A stretch of 64,000 nucleotides of DNA from Octopus sinensis (Eukaryota), in the NCBI RefSeq assembly GCF_006345805.1, contig NW_021833273.1, forward strand, positions 1 through 64,000, given 5' to 3'. The position numbers and the translations under genes were made by a program. The notes under the pieces were generated by a model. The model made no database searches, had not been told where the DNA came from, and saw only the letters and a program-made list of their open reading frames with translations. Of the stretch, positions 39,610-53,236 are shown piece by piece (position 1 is the first letter of the stretch; every line of letters starts with the position of its first letter).

Positions 39610-40078
39610 CATGAATTGATTATTCTGTGTATGCATCCTCCATTTTCTTTGTTTATATATGTGTGTGTGTGTGCGCGCGTATGCGACTCTCACCCACTTT
39701 TCCTCGTTTTCCCCCTTTTCTTCCCCCTCTCTCCTATCTCTCTTCTCCCGATCTGTCTCTCTCCCGATCGTTCCTCTTTCCCTCTGCTTTCCTTTTCCCT
39801 CTCTCGTATTCCTTAATCCCTTTTCCCTCTCTCTCTTACCTCTCAGTCTCTTTTGCGTCCCTTCCTCACATCCCTTATACCTTGTTTCTCCGTCTCTCTC
39901 CTCCCTCTCATTATTTGCTCCCTCTGATTTCTTTCCCCTCTCTCCTATTCCTTAGTCCCTCAGCCTTCTTCAACTCCTCCCCTCCTCTACCACATGATCG
40001 CTGTCCGTCTTATGCAATGTCATCCTTTTTCGGTTGACCGTCTTTGAAGTTAGTCGCATCTGTTCTGTTTCTGTCTCG

Positions 40079-40138
<60 letters not shown>

Positions 40139-40583
40139 AGATTTTCCTATTTCCTTTTTCCTTGCGCTAGCCTATTACACTGTCTGATAGTCGAAGGCCC
40201 CTGTCTGTTTTGTTTTATCTTTGTTGTATAGCCGAAAGGCTTTTGACCATTGTATATGTATAATTCTATTTCTTATGTTATGTTAGTCCGATAGTCGAAA
40301 GACCCATTCTGTTTGTTATTTCCTTGTATTTGTATGTGTACATTCGTTTGCCATACTCAAGAACTTAATGCCTTCAGCTTAAGCCCTTGGCCCAGCTAGT
40401 TTCGAGTAGTATCAGAGAGGATTGGGCGAAACTACGTGGACATTCCATACTCCGAGTGAAGAGGCAATTGGTTGCGAATGATCCGTGTATCTTGTTTTGT
40501 CCTGTTTGCTGTTGTTGTGCTATCGTCCTTTACCTGCTTGTTATGTTTTGACGATTTCCGTTTGTTGTTTTTTTTTTTACCTT

Positions 40584-40635
<52 letters not shown>

Positions 40636-40665
40636 GTGTTGGCCGAAGTCTTATGAGTGAAGAAT

Positions 40666-41022
40666 TTTAGTCGGACGAATCAACTTTAATACTTTTTTTT
40701 AAACCCGGTTCTTTTTCAATCGGTGTCTTTTGCCGAGCTACTAAGTCACGGGGATATAAGCAAACCAGCATCGGTTGTCGAACGGTGGTGAGGGACAAAC
40801 ACGCACATACGCATGCACACAGACGCACGCATTCGCACGCACACACATACACACATAGAAACATTATATATATGCGTGTGTTTGTATATATATATATATA
40901 TATATGAGTGTGTGTGTGTGTGTGATGAGCTTTCAGTTTCCGTCTACCAAAACCTATCACAAGGCTTTGGTCGGCGTATTGTAATAATAGAAAACACTTG
41001 CCCAAGGAGCCATGTGGCTGGG
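40666..41022 (-). mobile_element. SINE family A
   Basis: CTTTCAGTTTCCGTCTACCAAA..CACAAGGCTTTGGTCGGC; CCAGCATCGGTTGTC. Confidence 0.75.
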
Positions 41023-41160
41023 AAGCATCTCTCTGCATCTCACTTTCTCTTTGTCTCTCCCCCTCTCTCTGCATCTCACTTCCTCTTTCTCTCTCCCTCT
41101 CTCTCTTCCTCTGTCTCAATCAATACATAGCCCCCCACAGACTCATACATACATATACAC

Positions 41161-42064
41161 ACGATGATCAGCTGAAAGGTTTATAGGCTGACTTTGAAGA
41201 AGTGATGTTAGAGCTGTGAAAATTTGCTTGCATTAATTTCCTCTCCTATTAATAACAGCTGAATATCGGGGGGGGGGGGGAGTTCTGAAGATGACCCAAG
41301 CTCTAGACGTCCTGCAACTGCCACCACGAGGAAACGTTGACTGTGTTGACCACAAGCTGATGGATAACAGGTGATTGACGATAAATATAATCTGATAGAA
41401 AGCTAGCAAAGCTATTAACATATACCGCGAGATAGTTGAGAATATTCTGCACAATAACCTTGGCAATACGAAAGTTTCCACTCGGTGGGTGCCACATCTT
41501 TTGACACCTGATCAAAAACATACTTCATCGCTTTAAGCCAGAGAAAAAGTGACAATATATGCAGCGGAACACCCCACCCCGCTTGCTCCAAACAAAGCCA
41601 AGTTCGTTTCATATTCCGGGTATCAGTGATGGCCTCAGTCTTTTGAGCTTCAAAAGGCATTGTATTTATTGACTATCCGCAAAAGAGTCACACCGTCAAA
41701 GGAGAGTACTATGCCGGGATTTGTTTCATCAGGACAATGCTCCAGCACACAAGCCTTTGCTTTCAATGTATGTTGTGCGTGAACTGTTTGATCAGCATCC
41801 CTATTCTCCTGATTTGGTCCCATCTGTCAATCATCTTTTCCCCATCATGAAAAACGCTTGGCTTGGAACCAGTATTACAATGATGATGACGCCATATCTG
41901 CTGTTGACTTTTTTGACCAACAGGACGAAGGCGTCTTCACCTAAGAGAACCAAGCACTGTGAAGTGTGAACCGTAAGGGGTACTATGTTGAAAAATAAAC
42001 TTCATTTGGTCACATTCCATGAAAGGGTCTTGGTCAGCCTATGAACTTTTCAGCCGCGCCCCCT
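41161..42064 (+). mobile_element. Mariner relic with both TIRs, internally deleted
   Basis: TIR cores CAGCTGAAAGGTTTATAGGCTGAC and GTCAGCCTATGAACTTTTCAGCCG; remnants TRWVPHLLT, FHQDNAPAH, HPYSPDLVPS. Confidence 0.85.
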
Positions 42065-42107
42065 ATACGCCATTTAGTTTTGCAAATATTCAGTTTCTTT
42101 TGTTCAT

Positions 42108-42375
42108 TTCTTCTTCTTCTTCTTCTTCTTCTTCTTCTTCTTCTTCTTCTTCTTCTTCTTCTCTTCTTCTTCTTCTTCTTCTTCTTCTCTCTTCTCATCT
42201 TCTTCTTCTTCATCTTCTTCATCTTCTTCTTCTTCTTCATCTTCTTCTTCTTCTTCTTCTTCTTCTTCTCTTCTCCTCCTCCTCCTCCTCTCCCCCCATT
42301 CTCCTTCTTCTTCTTCTTCTTCTTCTTCTTCTCTTCTTCTTCTTCTTCTTCTTCTTCTTCTTCTTCTTTCTTCTT
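42108..42375. repeat. (CTT)n polypyrimidine microsatellite
   Basis: Direct reading. Confidence 0.9.
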
Positions 42376-42531
42376 TTTTGTCGTTGTCGTCGTCGCCGTC
42401 GTCATCTCCTTTATCGACTTATGTCTTTAGATAAGTTTCTTTGAACTTGTATACTTGAATTCCTGCTTGGAATATTTCGTGGCTGGAATTTATTTGTTTA
42501 TACATACATACATACATATATACATACATAC

Positions 42532-42573
<42 letters not shown>

Positions 42574-42610
42574 ATATATATATGTATGTAAGTGTGTGTT
42601 GTTGTGTGTG

Positions 42611-42660
<50 letters not shown>

Positions 42661-42759
42661 AGTGTGTGTGTGTGTGTGTATATAAATATATATATATATA
42701 TATATAATATATATATGTGTGTGTGTGTGTGTGTGTATATACGTACATACATACATGCA

Positions 42760-42791
<32 letters not shown>

Positions 42792-42941
42792 CATACATAT
42801 ATACATACAATACATACATACAAACATACATACATATATACACACGTTCGTACGTACGTGTGTGCGAGTGCGCGAGCATGTGTGTTATCAATGTTGTTGA
42901 TGCAGTTGTTTTTGCTATTATTATTATTATTATTATTATTA

Positions 42942-42987
<46 letters not shown>

Positions 42988-43164
42988 TGTTTGTTTGCGA
43001 ACTTCCTCTATCACCCTCGCCGACCACCTGAATTTCTTCTGTTTATTCACCTCTCTACCTCTTTCTTTCTCTATCGTATCTCTTTCAGGCATTTGATATC
43101 TGTGTCTGCGTGTGTATGCAATGAATGTACACTATATATATTCATACATATATATGTATATATG

Positions 43165-43207
<43 letters not shown>

Positions 43208-43285
43208 ATTGTAACATGTATATATATATATATACATACATACATATATGTATATATATACATAATATATAACATATATATATGC

Positions 43286-43327
<42 letters not shown>

Positions 43328-43453
43328 CATACATATATATATACATATATGTACATACATACACACACAACACACGCACATATATATATACATACACAGC
43401 AAAAGTACACATTAGTACTCTATCTCATCTTGAGATTTCATAACTATTTTTTG

Positions 43454-43484
<31 letters not shown>

Positions 43485-43499
43485 TACGCGCGCGCGAAT

Positions 43500-43558
<59 letters not shown>

Positions 43559-43828
43559 ATATACACACACACATACGTATGTATTCATATTTGTGTATGT
43601 TGGCACACCCACATACGCACACACGCACTCACATGTTCACACATGCACACAGATACGTGCTCATTTTGCATATGTATATACGTATGTTTATCGATATGTA
43701 TGTATGTATGCATGCATGCATATGTGTGTCAGTTTGAATGCGTTTATGTGCACATTTATGTATTAATGTATGTCGCTTTATGTGTGTGGGTACGTATGTG
43801 TGCTTGTTTGTATGTGTGTGTGTGTGTT

Positions 43829-43862
<34 letters not shown>

Positions 43863-44295
43863 TAGTAGTAGAAATACAGTGTTTCCTTTCATCTCTCTTC
43901 TACACCACTTCCTTATCTCCCTTGTCGTCCTCTACACACTTTCGTCTTCTACGACGACATACACACACCCGTGAAGCTGTCTACTAAAGTCTAGCACTGA
44001 CAGCAATCACCTACAGACATACAGGTTTTTTTTCTTTTTATTCTCATATTTTCTTGTCATCGTCGTCGTCGTCGTCGTTGTTGTTGATGTTGTTGCTTTC
44101 CAGTTGGTACAGTTTTCACAAACTGCACTTACTCCACTTAATTTTGAATAATATAGGTGGCGTTGCTGATGGAAGTGGGACGACTGCAATGGCGCAGACA
44201 TTTTGAGAATCGTAGATTCCCGCCATTATGCGGCTTCCTTACCTACAAAGCTGGTGTCTTCTGGTTTCTGTTTCCTCCACCCTGTAATCTGTTGA

Positions 44296-44590
44296 CGAGG
44301 TGTGTAGCTTAGTGGGGAAAGTGTTGACATTGAAGAATTCACTAATATGAGTTCAAATCATATGATAAATGGTGTGTCACGTGTTTTTTCTTTAGTTTCA
44401 GGTCAGTCTTGATTAAGTAGACCAATGATCAATGGCATTCCAGTCGTGACCATTCCGTCTTTTTTTCTATTTGTAGGGAACTTAGGACCACATTATCCAC
44501 TATGTCTCTTTTTATTACGACAGACTATGTTTTGTGGAAGATTTAGCTGCTTTTTCTAGCAGGCGAATGACTACGTAGGTGTTCCCTTGA
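44296..44590 (+). mobile_element. Decayed tRNA-derived SINE
   Basis: GTAGCTTAGTGG (A box) and GAGTTCAAATC (B box) followed by a repeat-like body. Confidence 0.4.
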
Positions 44591-46356
44591 TAAATAACAC
44601 TGTGTAGCATGATTTTTTTTTTACCTTGGGTTGCAACTCTTATTGCCTATTTGCTTATCCCTAGAAAGTATGAAAAATGGCTAATATTATCTTCAAACTT
44701 TGCTTTTGTTACATTTATTCAAACTCCAAAGAATCCCTCTCAACAAATGGCTGTGATACTCCCCCACTACTCCTGCTCATAATCAGACATGCACATATTG
44801 TCAGCCAATAAGGGACATGCTCAAGTGGTTGAGGTCAAGCAACTGACAAGCAAATCTGTGATATTGAGTAGAATATTTGCTATAAGGGTATTTCTGCTTC
44901 TGCATTGAAATGTAATGGAAAATTGGTTAGTTTCAAAACATTGATGTCCAGGTCTGGAACTCAAAGTTTGAAGCGAATGGCTGTCATTTCCTTTGAGTTT
45001 TAGACGGAAGCAATTACGAAATAGCATTTACTAAGACAAAAACAAAAGTCAATAATGAAACATTTGTTACACATTCTAATGCTTTTTAGCTTTTATTTAA
45101 TCTCAATCCGTCTGGTACGAGTTATATGCTGGTTTATAAGAAAGGCTAACGTCTAGAATCAGAATCAATGGTGGATCCGTGTTGCGACCCAAAAAGATGC
45201 TGTCCCTACAATAAATGGTAGAAATATTATATATAAAAAGCAACAACAACAACAACAACAAAAAACGTTCTTATTAAGGATTTTAGCATCACCGATGTCG
45301 ACTGACAATAAATGTGGTTGGTACGAGGATACAAAAACGGTGAGAGATAGAGTTTGGCTCTTCTGAAGGAGGAGAAGAAAGAAAATTCAGTGTTGTGTTA
45401 CCCGGAAGTTGTAGCAGTAATGAATGAAGGAAGTGGGTCGCAAAACTGTGGGTTCTCAACAGACTGTAAGTGTTTGATGGACTGAAATGACGGACATGCG
45501 CAAAAAATGTTAATTAGCAGTGGAGTTGGTTTTCATTGTGTGTATGTATGTGTGTATATGTTTGTGTGTATACGTGCGTTCAATGTAATATGAACTTAGG
45601 CCTACATAGTATGTGGTGGTGGTGGGAGGCAAAGTCACATTGGAGGATGAGAAAGATACAGAGGACGGAGTGGTGAAGACGTTGAATGTCTAAATGGAAG
45701 GTGAGAGGAAACGAATACTGTTAATCGAACAGAAGCGCGATCGATGGTTCGAGATTAACGTGTGAACAAAACGTGGAACATTTTTCGTGAATTGGACAAA
45801 TTTTATGTCTACTCCATATAATTCGGTCGTGTCTTTCATTGAGACTGTCACAGAAATTGATCCTGCTTCTAGTTTAAAAACAAAAGCAGAGCTTCGGACG
45901 ATGAACTAGCCGATTAATTTTGTTAATAATTGAGAGATATGTTCTTTTTTTCGTTTTTGTTCTCCTCCTCAACTGTGCTTTCAATTCATAACTCCATGTT
46001 TAACAGTAGAATTAGCAGTATGAAACCATGTTTTGATTCAGTATGGAATGTTCAGCGTGATTTTGATACAAGTTACAGCAGGTGAAGCAAGATAAGTTTT
46101 CAGCTGATAAAATCATAATCTGCATCACGACGTATAATGTGAAACTATCTTTAATTAACAGACCTCATAATTAGCAGATCTTCATAATTAACAGGTTTTC
46201 ATGATTAATAAAGTCTTCTTGATAATTTGGAACCAATGAGGGGCGAAATCAGCAGACCAGCCGACAACATACCAACGCGGTGCCTCTACATGACCGATCG
46301 ATTTGTCAGGAGTGCATACATACATACATACATACATACATACATACATACATACA

Positions 46357-46390
<34 letters not shown>

Positions 46391-46419
46391 CATACATATT
46401 TATGTACGATTTAAAACAA

Positions 46420-46570
46420 TGATTTCTAATTTAGCAGGGTTTTAGGAAAAGAAGTTTAGTCGATACCATCGATTGCAGTACTAGAATTTATTTTATGAAC
46501 TTGGAGGTATGAAAGGCTTAGTTGATTCCGGCCAGATTTGAACGTAAAAATCCAGAACGAATACCACAAG
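46420..46570 (-). mobile_element. Decayed SINE family B
   Basis: AGTCGATACCATCG..TATTTTATGAAC..ATGAAAGGC..GATTTGAAC. Confidence 0.5.
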
Positions 46571-46901
46571 GTGGAAAACGTAACTATGAACACACTTATA
46601 ATTTGTATCAGAAACGGCTGTAAGTCTGAGATGCACAATAAAAGAAATATGTAAAGCCCATTATTTATAGCTTCCCTTGTATATCATTCTGTGAAAAGGA
46701 CCAGTTTAACTGGGAAATGCAACCTGAATTTACTGATGATGGACTTCCACCTCGGATCTTGCCTTAGGATTATCTGGTGTTCAATACTGTCTGAAAACCT
46801 TTTGTTGGCCTGATATATTTGTAATAACAGAGAAATTGAGAAGAACTTTTCTCAGATTGATAATCCATCATTAATAACTACACACACACACACACACACA
46901 C

Positions 46902-46950
<49 letters not shown>

Positions 46951-46975
46951 CACACCACACACACACACACACACA

Positions 46976-47144
46976 CAGAAGAGGAGTGGGTGTGTGGTAT
47001 GTAGCTTACTTACCAACCACATGGTTCCGGGTTCAGTCCCACTGCGTGGCACCTTATGCGCGTGTCTTCTACTGTAGCCTCGGGCCGCCCAAAGCCTTGT
47101 GGGTGGATTTGGTAGACGGAAACTGAAAGAAACCCATCGTATAT

Positions 47145-47216
<72 letters not shown>

Positions 47217-47460
47217 CGTCTGTGCTTGTCCTCCCACCATCTCTTGACAACCGATGCTGGTGTGTTTATGTCCCCGTAACTTAGCGGTTCGGCAAAAAGG
47301 AACGATAGAATAAGTACTAAGCTTACAAAGAATAAGTCCTCGGGTCGATTTGCTCGTCTAGTCTGTCCACCTAGCAGCGGAATGGCATGAAGAATAAAAC
47401 AATGCGAAGCATATTGTGACCAGCGATGTATAATAACATCCGATAGTGTCAATGCCGTGA
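46976..47460 (+). mobile_element. SINE family A joined to a family C tail
   Basis: Family A to ~47357 (GGTCGATTTGCTCG), then AAAACAATGCGAAGCATATTGTGACCAGCGATG as at 8458-8490. Confidence 0.8.
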
Positions 47461-47545
47461 TATATATATATATATAAAGATATATATACAAGAAATATAA
47501 ATATTATTAAAAATAATATTAGTATCCAGCAAGAATAAAGCACCA

Positions 47546-47792
47546 TACGAAGTACGATCATTGCTAAAAGTGGCAGCCGGTAAGCTATCGGTGTATATGT
47601 AGAGCTTCACTGAATGTTTACAGACAGAGATGTTTGCGGGCAGTAAATATAGGAAATTTTCGTCTTACCTCTACGGAGGCCGTTTGAAGAATGAAGGTTA
47701 ATTTAATCCTACAGTATTGAATTATCCTTCATTCCTCTACATAGCACCGATAGCTTACCGGGTGCTATTTCTAGCAATGATCGTACTTCGTG
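47546..47792. mobile_element. MITE with ~58-bp TIRs
   Basis: ACGAAGTACGATCATTGCTA..CCGGTAAGCTATCGGTG pairs with CACCGATAGCTTACCGG..TAGCAATGATCGTACTTCGT. Confidence 0.8.
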
Positions 47793-47824
47793 TACATCCA
47801 CTTTGTATGTATATAATATATATA

Positions 47825-49103
47825 TCAGGTCATTAAGAATAAGATGTCTGATCTTGAACTGAAAGTTTATTTTACTTTATCTCAACAAAAAGCAATGCAG
47901 TTAATCAAAGTGTGAACCTAAATTATCAACACAATCTTGCCATTTTATCAGTAACTTATTTATGCCCCCAGCGAAGAATTCTGGAGAGCAAGAGCTGATG
48001 AAATCACGAAAGGCTGTTTTTGCATCTTCTTCAGATTTGAAGTTTTTTCCTTGCAAAATGTTGTATAATGCCTGAGAAACGGGATAGTTAGTTGGTGCAA
48101 GGTCTGGTGAATACGGTGGATGACAGAGTACTTCCAAATTTAGTTCCTGTAACTTGAGTAGCATTCTTTGTGCAACATGTTGTCGCGCATTGTCTTCACA
48201 AGTGAATTGGCCTGTCTCTATTAACCAATCTCGGTCGTTTAATTGTAAGTTCCCTCATCATTTCATCCAACTGGTTGATATATACATTCGCTGTAATTAA
48301 CTTACCAGGTCTCATGAAGCTGTTGTGGATGACACCAGCGCTGGATCACCAACCAGACATCATTAGCTTTTATTTTTTCGTGAATAATCTTTTTTTGGAT
48401 TGTGTTTTGGTGGTTCATGTCTATCCAACCACCGTGCAGAACGCTTGCTATTATTGACAAGAATGGATTTTTCATCACACGTAACTACACGATACAAAAA
48501 TGGTTCGCTTTTATACCATAATAGCAAAGAACTGCAAGTTTCAAGATAACGTGTCATTCAATGCTCGTTCAGTTCGTGTGGTACCCGCTTGTCCAGCTTC
48601 TTTACCTTGCTAATTTGTCCCAGATGGCCCAATACAGTTGGAATCGAAAAATCAAATCTTGCTGCTAACTCACGTGATGTTTGAGATGTATCCGCTTCCA
48701 CTACGGTTTCCTGCTCGTCATTATCCACCTTAGTCCCAGGTCTACCACTGGGTTGATTTTCAAGAGTAATGTCACTAGACCGGAACTTCTCAAACCATCA
48801 ACCTACCGTACACTCATTCGCCACATCTTCACCAAACACTTCATTGATGTTTCGAGTTGTCTGGGAAGCATTGGTTCCACGACGAAACTCATATTCATAA
48901 ACAACACAAATTTTTTATCTATTCATGAGTTCATAAAAATTGTTTTACAGGGGAAAACTCAACAATATAATCAGACACTATGAATTGCATTTCTAAAAGT
49001 GATGATGTAACTCTTCAAAGATTCGCCAGGATAAAACATCAGAGTAAACGATTGTCAAACTTGGTACATAAGAGAATTGGACATTTCATTCTTAATTACC
49101 TGA
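47825..49103 (-). mobile_element. Full-length mariner (1279 bp), transposase pseudogene
   Basis: TIR TCAGGT(C/A)ATTAAGAAT(A/G)A(G/A)ATGTC at both ends with TA flanks; YEFRRG..RNINEVFG, RVPHEL, VTCDEK, HPPYSPDLAP. Confidence 0.92.
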
Positions 49104-49105
49104 TA

Positions 49106-50373
49106 TTAGGTTGTCCGGAAAGTTCTGAGCGTATTTTAATATTCACAAAGGGATATCAAGAATTGATCGTTTCTATAAATTTTATTTAATGAAATAATTT
49201 TCATTATTATTACCTTTGCCCATCTACCAGGCAATTTAGATATTCCGTCAGCATAAAATTTGACTGGTTTTGAAGAAAAAAAGTTATCTAGATGCATTTT
49301 GACTCCATCTAAATCGTTAAATGTTTTCCCTTGGAATGAGTTCTGTAGAGACAAAAACAAGTGATAGTCGGATGGCGCAATATCAGAATATGGTGGATGG
49401 GGTAATATATCCCAGCCAAGTTCATATAACTTTGTTCGGGTAGCCAAAGACACATGCGGTCGGGTATTGTCATATTGGAACACTACCCCTTTCCTGTTGG
49501 CTGCCTCCGGCCTCAATTCTTTGATTTTTTGGTTCAAATTAGCTAGCTGACGACAGTACACATCAAAATTAATGGTCTGGTTTTATGGGAGAAGTTCATA
49601 ATAGATAATGTCTTTATGATCCCACCAAATACAAAGCATAGCCTTTCAGGCATGGATATTCGTCCTTGGTTGCTGTTTTGGAGGATCCTTACGCAAATTC
49701 CAGGATCTTTTCCATACTATGTTTTCTTATACAATCGAATTTTCATCTCCAGTCAGAAGTTGTTTCAAAAAGGGCATGTTTTCATTCTGTTTCAAAAGCA
49801 TATCACAAACGGAATACCGGCCCAAGCAGTTCTTTTCTGAGAGTTTGTGAGAAACCCATACATTATAGCGAGAAATGTATTTTAGCTTCACTAAGTGTTC
49901 ATGAGCCGTACTTTTAGAAACTTCCAATTCCTCTGCAAGTTCTCTAGTCGTGATATTTGAGTTTTCTTCGATTTTTGCCTTCAAAACATCTTCATCCAAT
50001 TTCGAAGGTCTTCCACTGCGACTGTCAGCTTCCAAGCTAAACTCTCCAGTTTTAAATTTTGCAAACCACCTACGAATAGTTGATTCACCATAAACTTCAC
50101 AAATGCTTTTGCGAGTCTTGGCTGCATTTTCTCGGTTTTTTTAAAAAATGAAAAGCATTACAACGCGAATATAAATTTTTTGGTTATCCGTTTCAAATGT
50201 CAATAAAGGGTAACCAGACTGAAAGATAAAATCGATTTTTATTCAGGAACAAAGAAGAGATGCTCTACTATTTCAAGCAACACCAAAGTTGTAACTGTCT
50301 TACGTTTCAAGTGTGTTCAATGAAGCGCTAAAACGTTTAGCTTAAAAACGCCCAGAGCTTCCCGGACAAGCTA

Positions 50374-50374
<1 letters not shown>
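49106..50374 (-). mobile_element. Full-length mariner (1269 bp) of a second family, transposase pseudogene
   Basis: TIR TTAG(G/C)TTGTCCGG(A/G)A(A/G).TCTG.GCGT at both ends with TA flanks; RSGRP, WVSHKL, LTGDE, YDNTRPH, HPPYSDIAPSDYHLF. Confidence 0.92.
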
Positions 50375-50409
<35 letters not shown>

Positions 50410-50422
50410 AGACACACGCATG

Positions 50423-50456
<34 letters not shown>

Positions 50457-50600
50457 CATACACATAGATATATATGTTTATATATGTATATACACATATA
50501 CCTACATATTATTTTATTATATTATATGTTTGTATATGTGTACGTGTAAAATATAATATATATGTATGAAAGTATGCATGTGTATGTGTGTATATATATA

Positions 50601-50646
<46 letters not shown>

Positions 50647-50675
50647 TATATATATATACATATATACATATATAC

Positions 50676-50737
<62 letters not shown>

Positions 50738-50879
50738 TATATTATATATATATGTATATATATACAATATATATATATGAATATATATATATATACATGT
50801 ACATATATATATGTATTATATATATACATATATATATCATATCTACACATCCACATATGGGTGTGTATGCGTATGCGTA

Positions 50880-50910
<31 letters not shown>

Positions 50911-51275
50911 GCGTGTGTGTGTGTGCGTGTGTGGTGTGTGTGTGTGTGTGTGTGTACAAATATAATTCTCTCTGACCCACGTGTAAGGGAATCAACTAGG
51001 GTGAGGTAAGGGAGAAATGAGAGATAAGAGAGAAAACTGATTCACCTACTGCCAAAGTCTTTGTCGTCAACCACAACCTTCATTGACAGTGGAAGCGCAT
51101 CTCTTACTGCTTCTCTTCCGATACTTTACCCTCTCCCCTCTCACCACAACCAGCGTCATCACCGCCATCAGCACATCCTTTATTTTTCACCAAGCAAATA
51201 TAGCGCTAAGAATGATGGCATGCCACCTTTCTCGATATCAACTCCGACATCACTCTTATCATACCATCGTGTGGT

Positions 51276-51460
51276 AATTGGTGCACTTGGCACAACATCG
51301 AAATTGCTACCTAAAGGCCCTGGCGGATATCGGAAATGGGACTCGAATTGTCATGTCAACATGCAGGAAAATGAAATCCTGTATTTTTGCAGAAATCTTA
51401 GGAAAGATTCTTGGAAGTTAGAGGCTTGTCACCAAGCCTCAAGATAACAACCTGGTAGCA
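51276..51460 (+). mobile_element. Dong/R4-type extreme 3' remnant
   Basis: VVIGALGT..MQ...L....RNLRK; followed by (CTA)n. Confidence 0.5.
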
Positions 51461-51464
51461 TGTA

Positions 51465-51735
<271 letters not shown>

Positions 51736-51741
51736 ATCATG

Positions 51742-51940
51742 ATTTCAAATTATGTCACAAAGCCAGCAAGTTCAGGGAGGGATAAGTCGATTTCATAGAT
51801 CCCAGTGCTTAACTAGTACTTATTTTTTTGGGGCCCCGAAAGGATGAAAGGTAAAGTCGAGCTCGGCGGACTTTGAACTCAGAACGTAAAGTCGGACGAA
51901 ATACATTTTGCTCGGCTTGTTAACAATACTGCCAGCTAAC
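51742..51940 (-). mobile_element. SINE family B
   Basis: CCCCGAAAGGATGAAAGGTAAAGTCGAGCTCGGCGGACTTTGAACTCAGAACGT. Confidence 0.75.
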
Positions 51941-52149
51941 CAACAGGTGTTGCAGATTTGGGCAAAGGGCGACGGGTTACCAGGGTTTAGTCTGAGGGAC
52001 GAAGTTCTTCATCACACAATTTCCTTCGCCACAAAACAAAGGAAGGCTACTCACTGTTACTCGACAAGAGACAGTGTTGACTGACCTTCACCATAGACTC
52101 GGCTGATAATCGGATTCGTTAAGCACGTCCGAAGTAAACCGACAATCAA

Positions 52150-53030
52150 CAATGCCCAGATATTGGAAGATCACGTACCGGACATTCTCGTTACCGTGTA
52201 CGCATATCGGAGAAATTGCTGGCAGTTCCAACGCAACCATGTCTCTACAGCTTATCCAGAGTCGCTAAAGTCACTTGTAGCACGACAGTCAGGCACTAAG
52301 AATACAACGGAAACCATGTAGACGTTAGCCAGTTCTGACCAATCTTCGAGAAACAGTTTTCTGTCAGAGTATTTCTGATTGATGTTAGTTGCCCTAATCG
52401 CAGCCTTTACACAAGTTTTGTCAACCACGAGCTCTGGTTCAGACCAGAACCTATACTTCTTAACTGAACCTTTGACCCAGTCATACAAGTTACTGTCCCA
52501 CATAGACATGTCTCACTTGGGACCGAGTTGCAACCCCACCGACTTGTCTCGTTTAAATCGTAATCCTATCATTTTTTATTCTTCTCCACCATGGAACCAC
52601 GCATTATGACTTCTGTATGTTTCAGAATGAGTGAGTATTCCCTCAACATCTCCTGTGTCTTCCTAACAATGGCTCCAGGAGGAAAACATGCAGATGAAAC
52701 GAGATAGGTCATCCTTGCTTGACCATGCACGCGCAATATGAAATGGCTCAATTAGATGTGGCTGATAAATGACTAACAACCAAATGACATTGTCCTGTGT
52801 GACCACCCAGCCTCTGAGGATGGGACAAATTTCGGCTGAAACCATTACACGTCTGCTAATGGTAGCTGAACTTAGACTGAACCATCACCATAGTTAGATC
52901 CAGGGCCAACCCTCTCTGCAGTGTTTCTCAGGAGGTGATGGTTGTCATAGAAGGATTCACATAATTTCTTGCATCTTCCCACAAAATGCAGACAACAAGC
53001 ATCAAACTCTTGGTGAACACATTTGTCACA
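52150..53030 (-). mobile_element. Old, heavily diverged Tx1 RT fragment
   Basis: VGLQLG..WVKGSVKKYRFWSEPELVVDK..YSDRKLFL..ELANVY aligns with the 31218-31985 protein; DNHHLLRNTAERV aligns with NLHLMRYIIKRV. Confidence 0.65.
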
Positions 53031-53177
53031 ATTTAAAACCGATATCAACACATGTAGCAGCAGCAGCAACGCGACGACGACGACAACGACAACGACGACG
53101 ACAATCACCACCACCACCATCACCACCACCACCGCCACCACTGCCATCGTCATCATCATCATCATCATCATCATCAT

Positions 53178-53236
<59 letters not shown>

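Larger units (their letters stand above)
37338..39624 (+). mobile_element. Penelope-like element, 5'-truncated, RT thumb-linker-GIY-YIG, bounded by ~148-bp inverted terminal repeats
   Basis: KHFS..NKYHKVINSHELRAGFCFSRNIAQIIATQN; CDC....*PL..FC...GVIY..KVT....YYIGSTE; STSLSK.I; RWEII..AKSY....RCEL*; LLNNKRE....CVHR; arms 37338-37485 and 39477-39624. Confidence 0.85.
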
